Positions 1 to 9,445 of a stretch of 48,848 nucleotides of DNA are shown piece by piece (positions within the stretch are counted from its first letter, which is position 1; every line of letters starts with the position of its first letter). Location of the stretch: NCBI GenBank assembly GCA_964602275.1, contig CAZRQF010000001.1:1-48848 (forward strand), written 5' to 3'. The translations under genes were made by a program, and so were the position numbers. The stretch comes from an uncultured Eubacteriales bacterium. GTDB taxonomy: Bacteria; Bacillota; Clostridia; TANB77; UBA1234. The notes beneath the pieces are model-generated. The model had not been told where the DNA came from. It ran no database searches and was given only the letters and a program-made list of their open reading frames with translations.

Positions 1-44
1 TGAAAACATTCAAAAGATAGTTAGAAAATAAAAGTTTAGAGATT

Positions 45-80
45 AAAAAAGCACAAAAATGTGCTTTTTTTGTGTTTTTT
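45..80 (+). terminator. intrinsic terminator of an off-window upstream gene
   Basis: Stem aaaaaagcac (45-54) pairs with gtgctttttt (61-70) around loop aaaaat, followed by a T-rich tract. It lies inside the implausible N-terminal extension of ORF 59..853. Confidence 0.6.
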
Positions 81-157
81 TGTTGAATGGCAACTTGATT
101 TTGATATACTTTATTGGTAAAATTTATATGAAAATAAAAAATGGGAGCGAAGCGAAT

Positions 158-853
158 ATGATAAGATTTGAAAATGTTAGTAAGACATATGCAACTGGTG
201 TAGCAGCAGTGAAAAACGCTAGCCTAGAAATTGAAAAAGGAGAATTTGTTTTTATCATTGGTGGTAGCGGTTGTGGAAAATCAACAATGATAAAGATGAT
301 GCTTAAAGAACTTGAACCAAATTCAGGAAGAATATATATAAATGGAGCAGATATTACAAGATTGCCAAAAAACAGAATACCAAATTTGCGTAGAAGTATG
401 GGAATTGTTTTCCAAGATTTTAGACTTTTAGAAGATAAGACGGTTTATGAAAATGTTGCATATGCAATGCGTGTTATAGGTGCTAGTAGAAAAGCAATAA
501 AAAGACAAGTGCCAAATGTTCTTTCGTTGGTGGGACTTTTAAATAAAGCAAAGGCATATCCAGATCAACTTTCTGGTGGTGAGCAACAAAGAGTTGCCGT
601 TGCAAGAGCAATAGTTAACAATCCTGTAATGCTTATTGCCGATGAGCCAACTGGAAACTTAGACCCAGAAACAGCATGGGAAATAATGTCTTTATTAAAT
701 GATATAAATCGTAGAGGTACAACTGTTGTAGTTGCTACACACGCTAAGGATATTGTGGATAAAATGGAGAAAAGGGTTGTTACAATTAATAATGGTGTTA
801 TTTGTAGTGATATAAAGAAAGGTGGTTACAATAATGAGTATAAGTACAATTAG
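158..853 (+). CDS. ftsE: cell division ATP-binding protein FtsE
   Basis: Walker A GGSGCGKST, ABC signature LSGGEQQR and Walker B LIADEPTGNLD are present. Start moved to ATG 158 (MIRFENVSKTY), which has GGGAG at 143-147. An ftsX-type permease follows. Confidence 0.9.
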   Translation: MIRFENVSKTYATGVAAVKNASLEIEKGEFVFIIGGSGCGKSTMIKMMLKELEPNSGRIYINGADITRLPKNRIPNLRRSMGIVFQDFRLLEDKTVYENVAYAMRVIGASRKAIKRQVPNVLSLVGLLNKAKAYPDQLSGGEQQRVAVARAIVNNPVMLIADEPTGNLDPETAWEIMSLLNDINRRGTTVVVATHAKDIVDKMEKRVVTINNGVICSDIKKGGYNNEYKYN

Positions 854-1724
854 CTACTGGGTTTATGATGCTATAAATAGCATGAAGAAAAATAAGAAAA
901 ATGTTATCATTTCAATTGGTACAATGATAACTGTTATGGTTATAATTGCAATCACTTTTTCAGTTATAAAAAATGCAAGTTATGTGATAGAACAAAGAAG
1001 AAATATGGAGTCTAGAATATTAGCATGTGCAGTTGAAGGAGCAACTGAGGAACAAATTGCAAATATTAAAAGTCAATTAGATAGTATGCCAGAAGTGACC
1101 AGCTATGATTATCAATCATCAGCTGAAGGCTTACAGTATGCCATTTCACAAGATCCAATATTGGTAGAAGGCTTTTCAGATGAAATGCTTGAAACATTAT
1201 TTCCAGCAAGGTTTTCAATTTCGTTTTCAGAAGTTGAGGCAGAAGATGTTATCATACAAAAATTAAAAACCATGGATGGTATAGGCAAGGGAGCAGCTGA
1301 TATTCAACCAGCGGAAACTGCAAAAGAAGCAATTAGGCAAGCTAAGATATATCAAGTGCTTTGCACGGTGTTATTATCATACATAATAATTTTATCAGTA
1401 TTTTTGATTATGAATTCGACAAAGCTTATGCTTTATGCTAAGCGTAAAGAAATTTCTATTATGAAATATGTTGGTGCAACAGACGGATTTGTAAAAATTC
1501 CATTTATGATAGAAAGTGTTATAGTGGCTATTATAGCAGTTTTAATTACGGTTATTGTGTTTAACTTGCTATATCCACAAATAGTAAATATGATTACATC
1601 TGATTTGAAATTCTTACAATCTAAAGAAATTTTACCAAGTTTATTTGGAATGTTAACAGTAATTGGAATTGCAGTTGGTGTTGTTGGAAGTTCTATTTCA
1701 ATGAATAAGTATTTAGATGTATAG
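834..1724 (+). CDS. ftsX: cell division permease-like protein FtsX
   Basis: N-terminal TM helix, large extracellular loop and three C-terminal TM helices, with a KYVGATDGF motif. The gene overlaps the ftsE 3' end. ATG 834 is preceded by AAAGGTGG; the track start at 822 is GTG. Confidence 0.85.
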   Translation: MSISTISYWVYDAINSMKKNKKNVIISIGTMITVMVIIAITFSVIKNASYVIEQRRNMESRILACAVEGATEEQIANIKSQLDSMPEVTSYDYQSSAEGLQYAISQDPILVEGFSDEMLETLFPARFSISFSEVEAEDVIIQKLKTMDGIGKGAADIQPAETAKEAIRQAKIYQVLCTVLLSYIIILSVFLIMNSTKLMLYAKRKEISIMKYVGATDGFVKIPFMIESVIVAIIAVLITVIVFNLLYPQIVNMITSDLKFLQSKEILPSLFGMLTVIGIAVGVVGSSISMNKYLDV

Positions 1725-1744
1725 TGTATACGAAGGAGGAAAAA

Positions 1745-2863
1745 ATGAAAAAAATAGTTTCAATTTTTTTACTTGTGGTATTGCTTACCACTACGGTTTT
1801 TGCTGCAACCACACAGCAAAAATTAAACGATACAAATAGTCAAATAAAAGACAAAAAAAGTGAATTAAATAGTATCAAGTCAGAACAAAAAAGTACGCTT
1901 AGTCAAATTAATAGTTTAGATACAAGCATTAATTCGGCAACTAATCAAATAGAAAGCATAGAAGACGAAATTGATAGATTAGAAGATAGCATTGTGGTTG
2001 CGGAAGAAAATATTGAGTATATGCAAGAAAAATATGACGAGAAACTTGAACTTAGAAAAGATAGGGTTGTTGCATATTATAAAAGAGGCTCAACATCATT
2101 GGAAACTATTGCGAAAAATGTATCTGACCCTACGGATAAGTTATACTTAGAAAGAGCAATATCAAAAATTGCAGAATATGATAAAGAACTTTTAGAGGAA
2201 ATACAAGTAGAACAACTTGCGTTAGATACTGAAAAACAAGCATTAGAATCGGATATTACAAGATGTGCAGAACTTAAAGATGAGTTAGAAGTAAAAATAG
2301 CAGAATTAACAGAAACAAAAGAAATAAGAACAGAGTATTTGGCAACTTTAAACTCAGATGCTAAGGCACTTGAACAGTCAATAGATGCATTAACTAAAGA
2401 AGCTGATGCACTAGAAAAAGAACTTGCAAAAACTACTTCGACAGGAACATATACAGGTGGAAAAATGACATGGCCTTTGCCAGGACATTATATAATAACT
2501 TCAAAATTTGGAAATAGACTTCACCCAATATTAAAGGTATACAAATTGCATACAGGTGTTGATATAGCAGGTTCAGGATGCAATGGCTCGCCTGTTGTGG
2601 CAGCAGCTGCTGGAACTGTAATAAAAGCGACATATAGCACAGCATATGGAAATTACATAATAATAGATCATGGTGGCGGAATAACAACATTATATGCTCA
2701 CTCAAGCAAGTTACTTGTAAAAGCAGGTGACAAAGTAGAAAGAGGACAAGAAATAATGAAAGTTGGAACAACAGGATATTCAACAGGTCCACACTTACAT
2801 TTTGAAGTAAGAGAAAACGGAAAATATGTAAATCCATTAGATGGATATATATCAGTAAAATAA
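1745..2863 (+). CDS. coiled-coil M23/LytM peptidase, EnvC/PcsB-type partner of FtsEX
   Basis: Signal/TM segment (MKKIVSIFLLVVLL), about 230 aa of heptad-like Q/E/K/L-rich sequence, and a C-terminal M23 domain with HTGVDI and HLHFE. GGAGG RBS lies before ATG 1745. Confidence 0.85.
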   Translation: MKKIVSIFLLVVLLTTTVFAATTQQKLNDTNSQIKDKKSELNSIKSEQKSTLSQINSLDTSINSATNQIESIEDEIDRLEDSIVVAEENIEYMQEKYDEKLELRKDRVVAYYKRGSTSLETIAKNVSDPTDKLYLERAISKIAEYDKELLEEIQVEQLALDTEKQALESDITRCAELKDELEVKIAELTETKEIRTEYLATLNSDAKALEQSIDALTKEADALEKELAKTTSTGTYTGGKMTWPLPGHYIITSKFGNRLHPILKVYKLHTGVDIAGSGCNGSPVVAAAAGTVIKATYSTAYGNYIIIDHGGGITTLYAHSSKLLVKAGDKVERGQEIMKVGTTGYSTGPHLHFEVRENGKYVNPLDGYISVK

Positions 2864-2868
2864 GAATT

Positions 2869-2906
2869 AAAAAATAGTTAGTGAAAATGCTCACTAACTA
2901 TTTTTT
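2869..2906. terminator. bidirectional terminator between convergent genes
   Basis: aaaaaatagttagtga (2869-2884) pairs with tcactaactatttttt (2891-2906) around a 6-nt loop. The A-run and T-run arms can serve both strands. Confidence 0.75.
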
Positions 2907-3619
2907 GACTTTTTTACTTCTTTTAAAAACTTTGGCAATACCATCATTCTAGGAAGTCTAGTAGGTTCTTTTAAAAGTCGCCAAAACCATTCAAGGTGTA
3001 ATTTTATAAACAATTTTGGTGCTCTTTTAACAGTACCTGAAAGTACATCGATAGAACCGCCACAACCAATACCGATTTTAAAAATATTTTTTTCTAATAA
3101 CTCATTTATAATTTTTTCTTGCTTAGGTGCACCAACACCAACTAACAAAACATCAGGTTTAGCTTCTGAAATTTTTTCTATAATTTTTGCTTTTTTAGTA
3201 TCGTCAAAATAACCATCGTCAGCACCTAAAATTTTGATGTTTGGATATTTTTCCTCCATTTTTTGCTTAGCCATTTCGGCAATTCCTGGTTTGCTACCCC
3301 AAAAATAAAAGGAAATTGAGCCGTCTTTGCCAAGCTCTAATAAATTGCAAATCAAATCGTAACCAGCAACTCTCTCTTTTAAAGGCGTCCCTAAAATATT
3401 AGCACCTTTAATAATACCGATACCATCTGGAATAACCAAAGAAGCATTGTTAATAATAGCTTTAAACTCATTATCGTCTTTTGCTCTCATAACAATTTCT
3501 GGATTAGGAGTAACAATTAAATTGCCATTATCACCCTTCAAAAAAACTTTACACCTTTCCAAAGCTTCATTCATATCAACATTATCAAAATTAACACCCA
3601 AAACATTAACTTTATTCAT
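2894..3619 (-). CDS. tagA: WecG/TagA/CpsF family (GT26) N-acetylmannosaminyltransferase
   Basis: Full-length similarity pattern to TagA/WecG (LGVNFDNV..., VTPNPEIV, IPDGIGII, FWGSKPG, VGVGAPKQE). Confidence 0.85.
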   Translation of the reverse strand: MNKVNVLGVNFDNVDMNEALERCKVFLKGDNGNLIVTPNPEIVMRAKDDNEFKAIINNASLVIPDGIGIIKGANILGTPLKERVAGYDLICNLLELGKDGSISFYFWGSKPGIAEMAKQKMEEKYPNIKILGADDGYFDDTKKAKIIEKISEAKPDVLLVGVGAPKQEKIINELLEKNIFKIGIGCGGSIDVLSGTVKRAPKLFIKLHLEWFWRLLKEPTRLPRMMVLPKFLKEVKKSKNS

Positions 3620-3773
3620 ATAATCCCTCCAATTTAAGCAAAATTATATAACATTTAAACTTAATATGCAAATGTTCTGACAGCATTGTTTTATGTGTTG
3701 ATATTTACTTGTAATATTCGTATTTTGTGATATACTATTTTGAGTAGAAATTTGTCATTTTTAGGAGGATTTT

Positions 3774-4250
3774 ATGTTTGATATTATGTTTGTATGCACT
3801 GGTAATATTTGTAGGAGTGCGATGGCAGATTGTATTTTAACTGATAAGATTTTGAAAAAAGGCTTGAGTGATAAACTTAGGGTTTGTTCTTCGGGTGTAA
3901 GTGCATATAATGGAGATATTCCAACAGATGAGGCTATTTTTGTTATGAGAAATGAATTTGATTTGGATTTGTCTAATCATAGAGCTACAAATGTTGAAGA
4001 TTCTGATGTTATGCATATGGACTTAATTTTGGCGATGACTCTTAGACATAAATTCTTTTTGATTTCAATGTATCCAGAATTAAAAGACAAGATTTATACT
4101 TTAAGAGAGTATGTTGGCGATGATGAAAATAGTGCTAATATTGATGACCCATATGGATATGGTGAGTCTGTGTATAGCTCATGTGCTGCTCAAATAAATG
4201 ACTGTATTGATAAATTATTGGTTAAACTAGAAAATGAAGGAAAAATATAA
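3774..4250 (+). CDS. ywlE: low-molecular-weight protein phosphatase (YwlE-type Tyr/Arg phosphatase)
   Basis: CX5R(S) P-loop CTGNICRS near the N-terminus and a DPYG motif near the C-terminus. rpiB lies downstream, as in the Bacillus ywlE-ywlF arrangement. Confidence 0.85.
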   Translation: MFDIMFVCTGNICRSAMADCILTDKILKKGLSDKLRVCSSGVSAYNGDIPTDEAIFVMRNEFDLDLSNHRATNVEDSDVMHMDLILAMTLRHKFFLISMYPELKDKIYTLREYVGDDENSANIDDPYGYGESVYSSCAAQINDCIDKLLVKLENEGKI

Positions 4251-4263
4251 TTTGGGGGTTTTT

Positions 4264-4701
4264 ATGATAGCGATTGGCTGTGATCACGGTGGATATTTAT
4301 TAAAAGAAAAGATAAAAAAAGAATATACAAATTTAGAATTTGAAGATTTTGGCACTTTTTCGGAAGATTCTGTTGATTTTCCTGACATTGCTATACCGCT
4401 TGCGGAAGCTGTTGCAAGTGGTAAATATGAAAAAGGAATTTTAATTTGTCGTTCTGGAATTGGTATGACAATTGCGGCAAATAAAGTAAATGGTGTAAGG
4501 TGCGCTCTTTGCTATAGTGGAGCTACTGCCAAATCTGCAAAGGAGCATAATAATGCTAATATTATTGCAATTGGTGCTGATGAATTGGATTTTGATATGG
4601 TAAAAAAAATTATAGATATTTGGCTTGATAGTAAGTTCTTAGATGGAAAATATCAATTAAGGCTTGAAAAAATAGGAAAGTATGAAGAAAGTAAGAGGTA
4701 G
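4264..4701 (+). CDS. rpiB: ribose-5-phosphate isomerase B
   Basis: LacAB/RpiB motifs IGCDHGG, GILICRSGIGM, NKVNGVRCA and EHNNANI. Start set at ATG 4264 (MIAIGCDHGG). Confidence 0.9.
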   Translation: MIAIGCDHGGYLLKEKIKKEYTNLEFEDFGTFSEDSVDFPDIAIPLAEAVASGKYEKGILICRSGIGMTIAANKVNGVRCALCYSGATAKSAKEHNNANIIAIGADELDFDMVKKIIDIWLDSKFLDGKYQLRLEKIGKYEESKR

Positions 4702-4706
4702 AAAAA

Positions 4707-6938
4707 ATGGTATTAAACATGATTATGGCTTTTGTAATTGCTTGTATTGCGGCAGCGATTGTTACTCCGTTTACAATTAGATTAGCTTTTAAAGTTGGTG
4801 CGGTTGATATACCAAAAGATGAAAGGAAAATTCATTCAAAAGCAATGCCTAGAATTGGTGGGCTAGCATTTATTTTTGGTTTTTTGATTTCAACTTTTAT
4901 AATGTTTGTATGTTGTGAAATTGATAAGACGATAAACTTTGTTGATGTTAATTTGATTGGCTTTTATGCGGGAGCTTTTGTAATTGTAATAACAGGACTT
5001 ATGGATGATATAAAAGGGTTAAAACCTTTTGTAAAATTAACAGGACAATTAATTGCAGCACTTTGTGTTGTGTTTTCGGGAATGCGTATAGCATATATTG
5101 AAATTCCGTTTTTAGAGATGTATGGACTAAATGAATTACTTTCAATATTAATTACAATTGGTTGGATTGTTGGTGTTACTAATGCAATAAATTTGATAGA
5201 CGGATTAGACGGTCTTGCGACTGGTGTTTCGGCAATATCGGTAATTTCGCTTTTAACAATATTTGTATTAAATGGTGCAGCTGAGATACCTCTTATATTG
5301 GTTGCAGCATTGCTTGGAAGTTTAATTGGCTTTTTGCCATATAATTTTAATCCGGCTAAAACTTTTATGGGAGATGTAGGGTCTAACTTTTTAGGATATA
5401 CATTAGCTACTGTTTCTATGCTTGGTATGGCTAAAACTTATACAGTTATGGCAATTGTATTACCTGTAATTGTACTAGCTCTTCCAATATTTGATACATT
5501 ATTTGCAATTGTTAGACGCTTGTTATCAGGTAAGTCAATTATGCAAGCAGATAGAGGGCATTTGCATCATAGATTACTAGATTTAGGATTAACACAAAAA
5601 CAAGCTGTACTTGTGCTTTATGCCATTACAGCTGTACTTGGAATTTTTGCAATTGTGTTAATGAAAAAAGGAATTTTAAGTTTAATTATTTTTGCTGCAA
5701 CGATACTGTTTCTTATATTGCTTGAAGCAAAAAATGTTTCTATTACTAAAAGAAAAACATTAGATATACCGGAGGTGAAGAATTTGTCAAATGGTGGAAA
5801 GTTAAGAATAATGCTTGTTTTTGGAACAAGACCAGAAGCTATAAAGATGTGTCCGCTTGCGTTAGAGTTAAAAAAGCATAAAGATATTGAAACTATTGTG
5901 TGCGTTACAGCACAACATAGACAAATGTTAGATCAAGTTTTAGAGGCTTTTAAAGTAGTGCCAGATTATGATTTGAATATTATGAAAGATAAACAAACAC
6001 TAAGTCATATTACAGCGGCAGTGCTTGAAGGATTATATGATGTAATTCAAAAAGAAAAACCTGATATGGTGTTAGTTCATGGTGATACTACAACTACACT
6101 TGCAGCAGCTCAAGCAGCTTTTTATGCCAAAGTAAAAGTAGGACATGTAGAGGCAGGACTTAGAACTTATGATAAGTATTCTCCATATCCAGAGGAAATG
6201 AACAGAAAATTGGTTACATCTATTGCTGATTTATTTTTTGCTCCTACACTTAATAATAAAAATAACTTGCTAAAAGAGTTAGTAAAAGAGGACGAAATTT
6301 ATATAACAGGAAATACTGTAATTGATGCTTTAAAAACTACTGTTAAATCAGAATATGAGTTTATACATCCAGAGCTTTCAAAAATAGATTTTAGTAAAAA
6401 GGTTATATTTATGACTGCTCATAGAAGAGAAAATTTAGGTAAACCACTTCATGATATATGTGAAGCAGTAAAAGAAATTGCAACTAACAATCCTGATATT
6501 GAGGTGATTTATCCAGTACATTTAAATCCGCTTGTTCAAGAAACTGCAAAAGAAGTTTTAGGAGAAGTTTTAAATGTACATTTGATTGAACCTTTAGATG
6601 TTATAACAACTCATAACTTAATAAATAAATCAACACTAGTTCTTACTGATTCGGGTGGAATACAAGAAGAAGCACCTTCACTTGGAAAGCCAGTACTTGT
6701 TTTAAGAAATGAAACTGAAAGACCAGAAGCCGTGGAAGCTGGTACTGTTAAAATTGTTGGAACAAATAAAGAGAAAATCATAGAAGAAACTACTAAGTTG
6801 CTAACAGATAGTTATGAATATAACAAGATGAGTAAATCTGCAAATCCTTATGGTGATGGCAAAGCGTGCGAAAGAATAGTTGATGCTATCAAATATTATT
6901 TTGGTCTTACAAATAAAAAAGTAAAAGAGATGAAGTAA
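4707..6938 (+). CDS. fusion protein: undecaprenyl-phosphate GlcNAc-1-P transferase (TagO/WecA, GT4 MraY-like) + UDP-GlcNAc 2-epimerase (MnaA/WecB)
   Basis: The N-terminal ~340 aa are polytopic with NAINLIDGLDGL and MGDVGSNFLG. From about aa 365 the sequence is MLVFGTRPEAIKM, HVEAGLRT, DSGGIQEEAP. There is no stop between the domains. An internal GGAGGTG (5771-5777) precedes in-frame TTG 5784. Confidence 0.85.
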   Translation: MVLNMIMAFVIACIAAAIVTPFTIRLAFKVGAVDIPKDERKIHSKAMPRIGGLAFIFGFLISTFIMFVCCEIDKTINFVDVNLIGFYAGAFVIVITGLMDDIKGLKPFVKLTGQLIAALCVVFSGMRIAYIEIPFLEMYGLNELLSILITIGWIVGVTNAINLIDGLDGLATGVSAISVISLLTIFVLNGAAEIPLILVAALLGSLIGFLPYNFNPAKTFMGDVGSNFLGYTLATVSMLGMAKTYTVMAIVLPVIVLALPIFDTLFAIVRRLLSGKSIMQADRGHLHHRLLDLGLTQKQAVLVLYAITAVLGIFAIVLMKKGILSLIIFAATILFLILLEAKNVSITKRKTLDIPEVKNLSNGGKLRIMLVFGTRPEAIKMCPLALELKKHKDIETIVCVTAQHRQMLDQVLEAFKVVPDYDLNIMKDKQTLSHITAAVLEGLYDVIQKEKPDMVLVHGDTTTTLAAAQAAFYAKVKVGHVEAGLRTYDKYSPYPEEMNRKLVTSIADLFFAPTLNNKNNLLKELVKEDEIYITGNTVIDALKTTVKSEYEFIHPELSKIDFSKKVIFMTAHRRENLGKPLHDICEAVKEIATNNPDIEVIYPVHLNPLVQETAKEVLGEVLNVHLIEPLDVITTHNLINKSTLVLTDSGGIQEEAPSLGKPVLVLRNETERPEAVEAGTVKIVGTNKEKIIEETTKLLTDSYEYNKMSKSANPYGDGKACERIVDAIKYYFGLTNKKVKEMK

Positions 6939-6942
6939 AGCT

Positions 6943-6965
6943 AAGGTACGCATTTTGCGTACCTT
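6943..6965 (+). terminator. hairpin terminator after the tagO-mnaA fusion
   Basis: aaggtacgc (6943-6951) pairs with gcgtacctt (6957-6965) around loop atttt. The downstream tract is only moderately T-rich. Confidence 0.55.
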
Positions 6966-7019
6966 ATTAGAATTATTTTGAATATGAGATTTTATTTTAC
7001 TAGAAAAGAGGTACAAATT

Positions 7020-8297
7020 ATGAATGCAAGAGAGCTTGCAGTAAATGTGTTATACAAAATTGAAATTGGAGAAGCGTACTCAAATGCTATACTAAATAAA
7101 GAGTTAGAAAAAAGTGATTTAAGTGTGCTTGATAAAGGGTTAGTATCTGAACTTGTTTATGGAGTTACAACTTGGAAATTAACGCTTGACGAAATAATTA
7201 AAAGGTATTCAAGTATAAAGCTAAAAAAGATTTCTCCATGGATTATAAATATTTTAAGAATTGGTATTTATCAAATTACATTTTTAGATAAAATTCCTGA
7301 AAGTGCGGCTGTAAATGAAAGTGTTAAATTAGCTAAAAAATATGGGCATGAAGCATCGGCAAAATTTGTTAACGCTATTTTGAGAAAAATAGAAAAAAAT
7401 GAAATGGATAAGCTAGTAGATTACATAGCAACGAAGCCTATAATGGATGATGAAATAATTTCTATTTTAACTTCACATCCTTTATGGTTAGTAGACGAAC
7501 TATTAAAAGAATATGATAAAAAATTTGTAACTGAGCTACTTAATGCAAATAATATAACACCAGATATAACTATTAGAGTTAATACATTAAAAACAACAAG
7601 AGAAGAACTAAAAAAGCTTTTAGAGCTAAAAAATGTTGATTGTAAATTTGGCAATTTACCTGATAGTATATTGGCTAAAAAGATGAATAATTTTGAAGGC
7701 CAATTATATGTTGTGCAAGATGAAGCCGCTCAATTAGCTTGTTTAAAGCTAGAACCTCAAGAAGGTGATTATATATTAGATGCTTGTGCTGCACCTGGTG
7801 GAAAGACTACATATTTGGCACAACTTATGAATAACAATGGCAAAATTGATGCATGGGATATTCATGATAATAGAGTAAGACTTATAAAAGATGCAAGTGC
7901 TAAATTAGGAATAACGATTATAAACGAAAGAATGAGAGATGCATCACTTTACTACACAGAATGTTTTGAAAGATATGATAAAATATTGTTAGATGTTCCG
8001 TGTACGGGGCTTGGCGTTATAAGAAAGAAACCTGATATTAAATGGACAAGAAGATTAGAAGACATAGAAGAAATTGTGAATGTCCAACATAAAATTTTAG
8101 ATAACTGCTCACGATATTTAAAATCGAATGGAATACTTGTGTATAGTACTTGCACAGTTTTGAATATAGAAAATGGTAGCCAAGTGAGAAGATTTTTAGA
8201 TGAACATAAAGAATTTGAATTGCTTGAAGAAACAAATTTGTATCCACATATTGATGGTACAGATGGCTTTTATATAGCTAAATTAAGAAAAAAGTAA
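7020..8297 (+). CDS. rsmB: 16S rRNA (cytosine967-C5)-methyltransferase RsmB
   Basis: N-terminal NusB-like domain and C-terminal NOL1/NOP2/Sun methyltransferase (DACAAPGGKT, DVPCTGLG, YSTCT). ATG 7020 follows AAAGAGG. Confidence 0.9.
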   Translation: MNARELAVNVLYKIEIGEAYSNAILNKELEKSDLSVLDKGLVSELVYGVTTWKLTLDEIIKRYSSIKLKKISPWIINILRIGIYQITFLDKIPESAAVNESVKLAKKYGHEASAKFVNAILRKIEKNEMDKLVDYIATKPIMDDEIISILTSHPLWLVDELLKEYDKKFVTELLNANNITPDITIRVNTLKTTREELKKLLELKNVDCKFGNLPDSILAKKMNNFEGQLYVVQDEAAQLACLKLEPQEGDYILDACAAPGGKTTYLAQLMNNNGKIDAWDIHDNRVRLIKDASAKLGITIINERMRDASLYYTECFERYDKILLDVPCTGLGVIRKKPDIKWTRRLEDIEEIVNVQHKILDNCSRYLKSNGILVYSTCTVLNIENGSQVRRFLDEHKEFELLEETNLYPHIDGTDGFYIAKLRKK

Positions 8298-8310
8298 TGG
8301 GGGAATTTTA

Positions 8311-9333
8311 ATGGTTAATATTCGTGACCTATATCTTGAAGAGATAGAAAATGAACTACTTAGCATAGGAGAAAAAAAGTATCGTGCTAAGCAAATCTTT
8401 GCGTGGTTATATAGAGGCGTAGAGTCTTTTGATGAAATGACAGATTTATCAAAAGATTTGATAGAAAAATTGAAAGCAAGATATATAATAAAATGTACAA
8501 ATATAATTGCGTGTCAGGAATCGAAAGATGGTACAAAAAAATATTTGATAGAGCTAAATGATGGCAATGCTGTTGAAGGTGTACTTATGAAATATAAATA
8601 TGGCAATACAGTATGCATATCAAATCAAATTGGCTGCAAGATGGGTTGCAACTTCTGTGCTTCAGCAAAAATAGGGTTTGTTAGAAATTTAACTTCTGGG
8701 GAAATAGTATCGCAAATAATCGATATTGAAAAACAAAGCAAAGAAAAGATATCAAATATTGTGTTTATGGGAATTGGCGAACCATTAGATAACTATGATA
8801 ATGTTATAAGAGCTATAAGACTTATAAACGACCCTAAAGGGTTAAATATAGGTGCAAGACACATAAGCGTTTCTACTTGTGGTTTGGTTCATAATATTAG
8901 AAGATTAGCAGACGAAAACATTCAATGCAACTTATGTATTTCGTTACACAGTAGTAGAGATGAAGTGAGAACTTCTATGATGCCTATAAATAAAACTTAT
9001 AATATAGCGGAAGTGCTTGCTGCTTGCAATGAATACATAAAAAAGACGAATAGAAGAATAACTTTTGAATATGCTTTAGTAGATGGAGTTAATGATTCAA
9101 GAGAGGATGCTCTTCATTTGGCAAAGTTATTAAGAGGTATGCTTTGTCATGTAAACTTAATTCCAATAAATAAAATAAAAGATGGAATATATGAAAAAAG
9201 TAGTACAGATAAAATACTTGCATTTAGAGATACATTAAATGAAAAGGGAATTGTAGCAACTGTAAGAAGAGAGTTAGGGTCGGATATAAGTGCTGCTTGT
9301 GGGCAACTTGTAAGGTCTAGACAGGAAGGGTAG
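8311..9333 (+). CDS. rlmN: 23S rRNA/tRNA A2503 C2-methyltransferase RlmN (radical SAM)
   Basis: Radical SAM CKMGCNFC motif, KYRAKQIFAWLY N-terminus and C-terminal AACGQL. Confidence 0.92.
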   Translation: MVNIRDLYLEEIENELLSIGEKKYRAKQIFAWLYRGVESFDEMTDLSKDLIEKLKARYIIKCTNIIACQESKDGTKKYLIELNDGNAVEGVLMKYKYGNTVCISNQIGCKMGCNFCASAKIGFVRNLTSGEIVSQIIDIEKQSKEKISNIVFMGIGEPLDNYDNVIRAIRLINDPKGLNIGARHISVSTCGLVHNIRRLADENIQCNLCISLHSSRDEVRTSMMPINKTYNIAEVLAACNEYIKKTNRRITFEYALVDGVNDSREDALHLAKLLRGMLCHVNLIPINKIKDGIYEKSSTDKILAFRDTLNEKGIVATVRRELGSDISAACGQLVRSRQEG

Positions 9334-9445
9334 AGCTTGATTTTATAAAAAATCGGATGGTGAGTTTTTCGTGAATTTTATAGACATAAAAAAATATTAT
9401 GTGTATAATGTAAGTGGTATTTTGTCTAATTATGAGGTGATATAA

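Noticed and set aside
59-157. N-terminal extension of the ftsE ORF (MCFFCVFLLNGNL...)
   Set aside because: The extension runs through an upstream terminator hairpin and T-tract and has no RBS. The conserved FtsE N-terminus begins at ATG 158, which has a GGGAG RBS.
2433-2894. Antisense or alternate-frame ORFs in the six-frame track. Minus-strand examples: 2433-2894, 7421-7654, 10927-11193, 11832-12221, 13349-13663, 15020-15472, 17752-18111, 18124-18414. More minus-strand examples: 19242-19631, 24970-25317, 30170-30559, 31151-31447, 32694-33077, 36361-36666, 40038-40304, 46954-47193. Plus-strand examples: 35542-35844 and 36463-36678.
   Set aside because: All lie inside well-supported genes on the other strand or frame. 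They have Leu/Ile/Phe/Ser-rich shadow-ORF composition typical of AT-rich DNA, and they lack RBSs and recognisable motifs.
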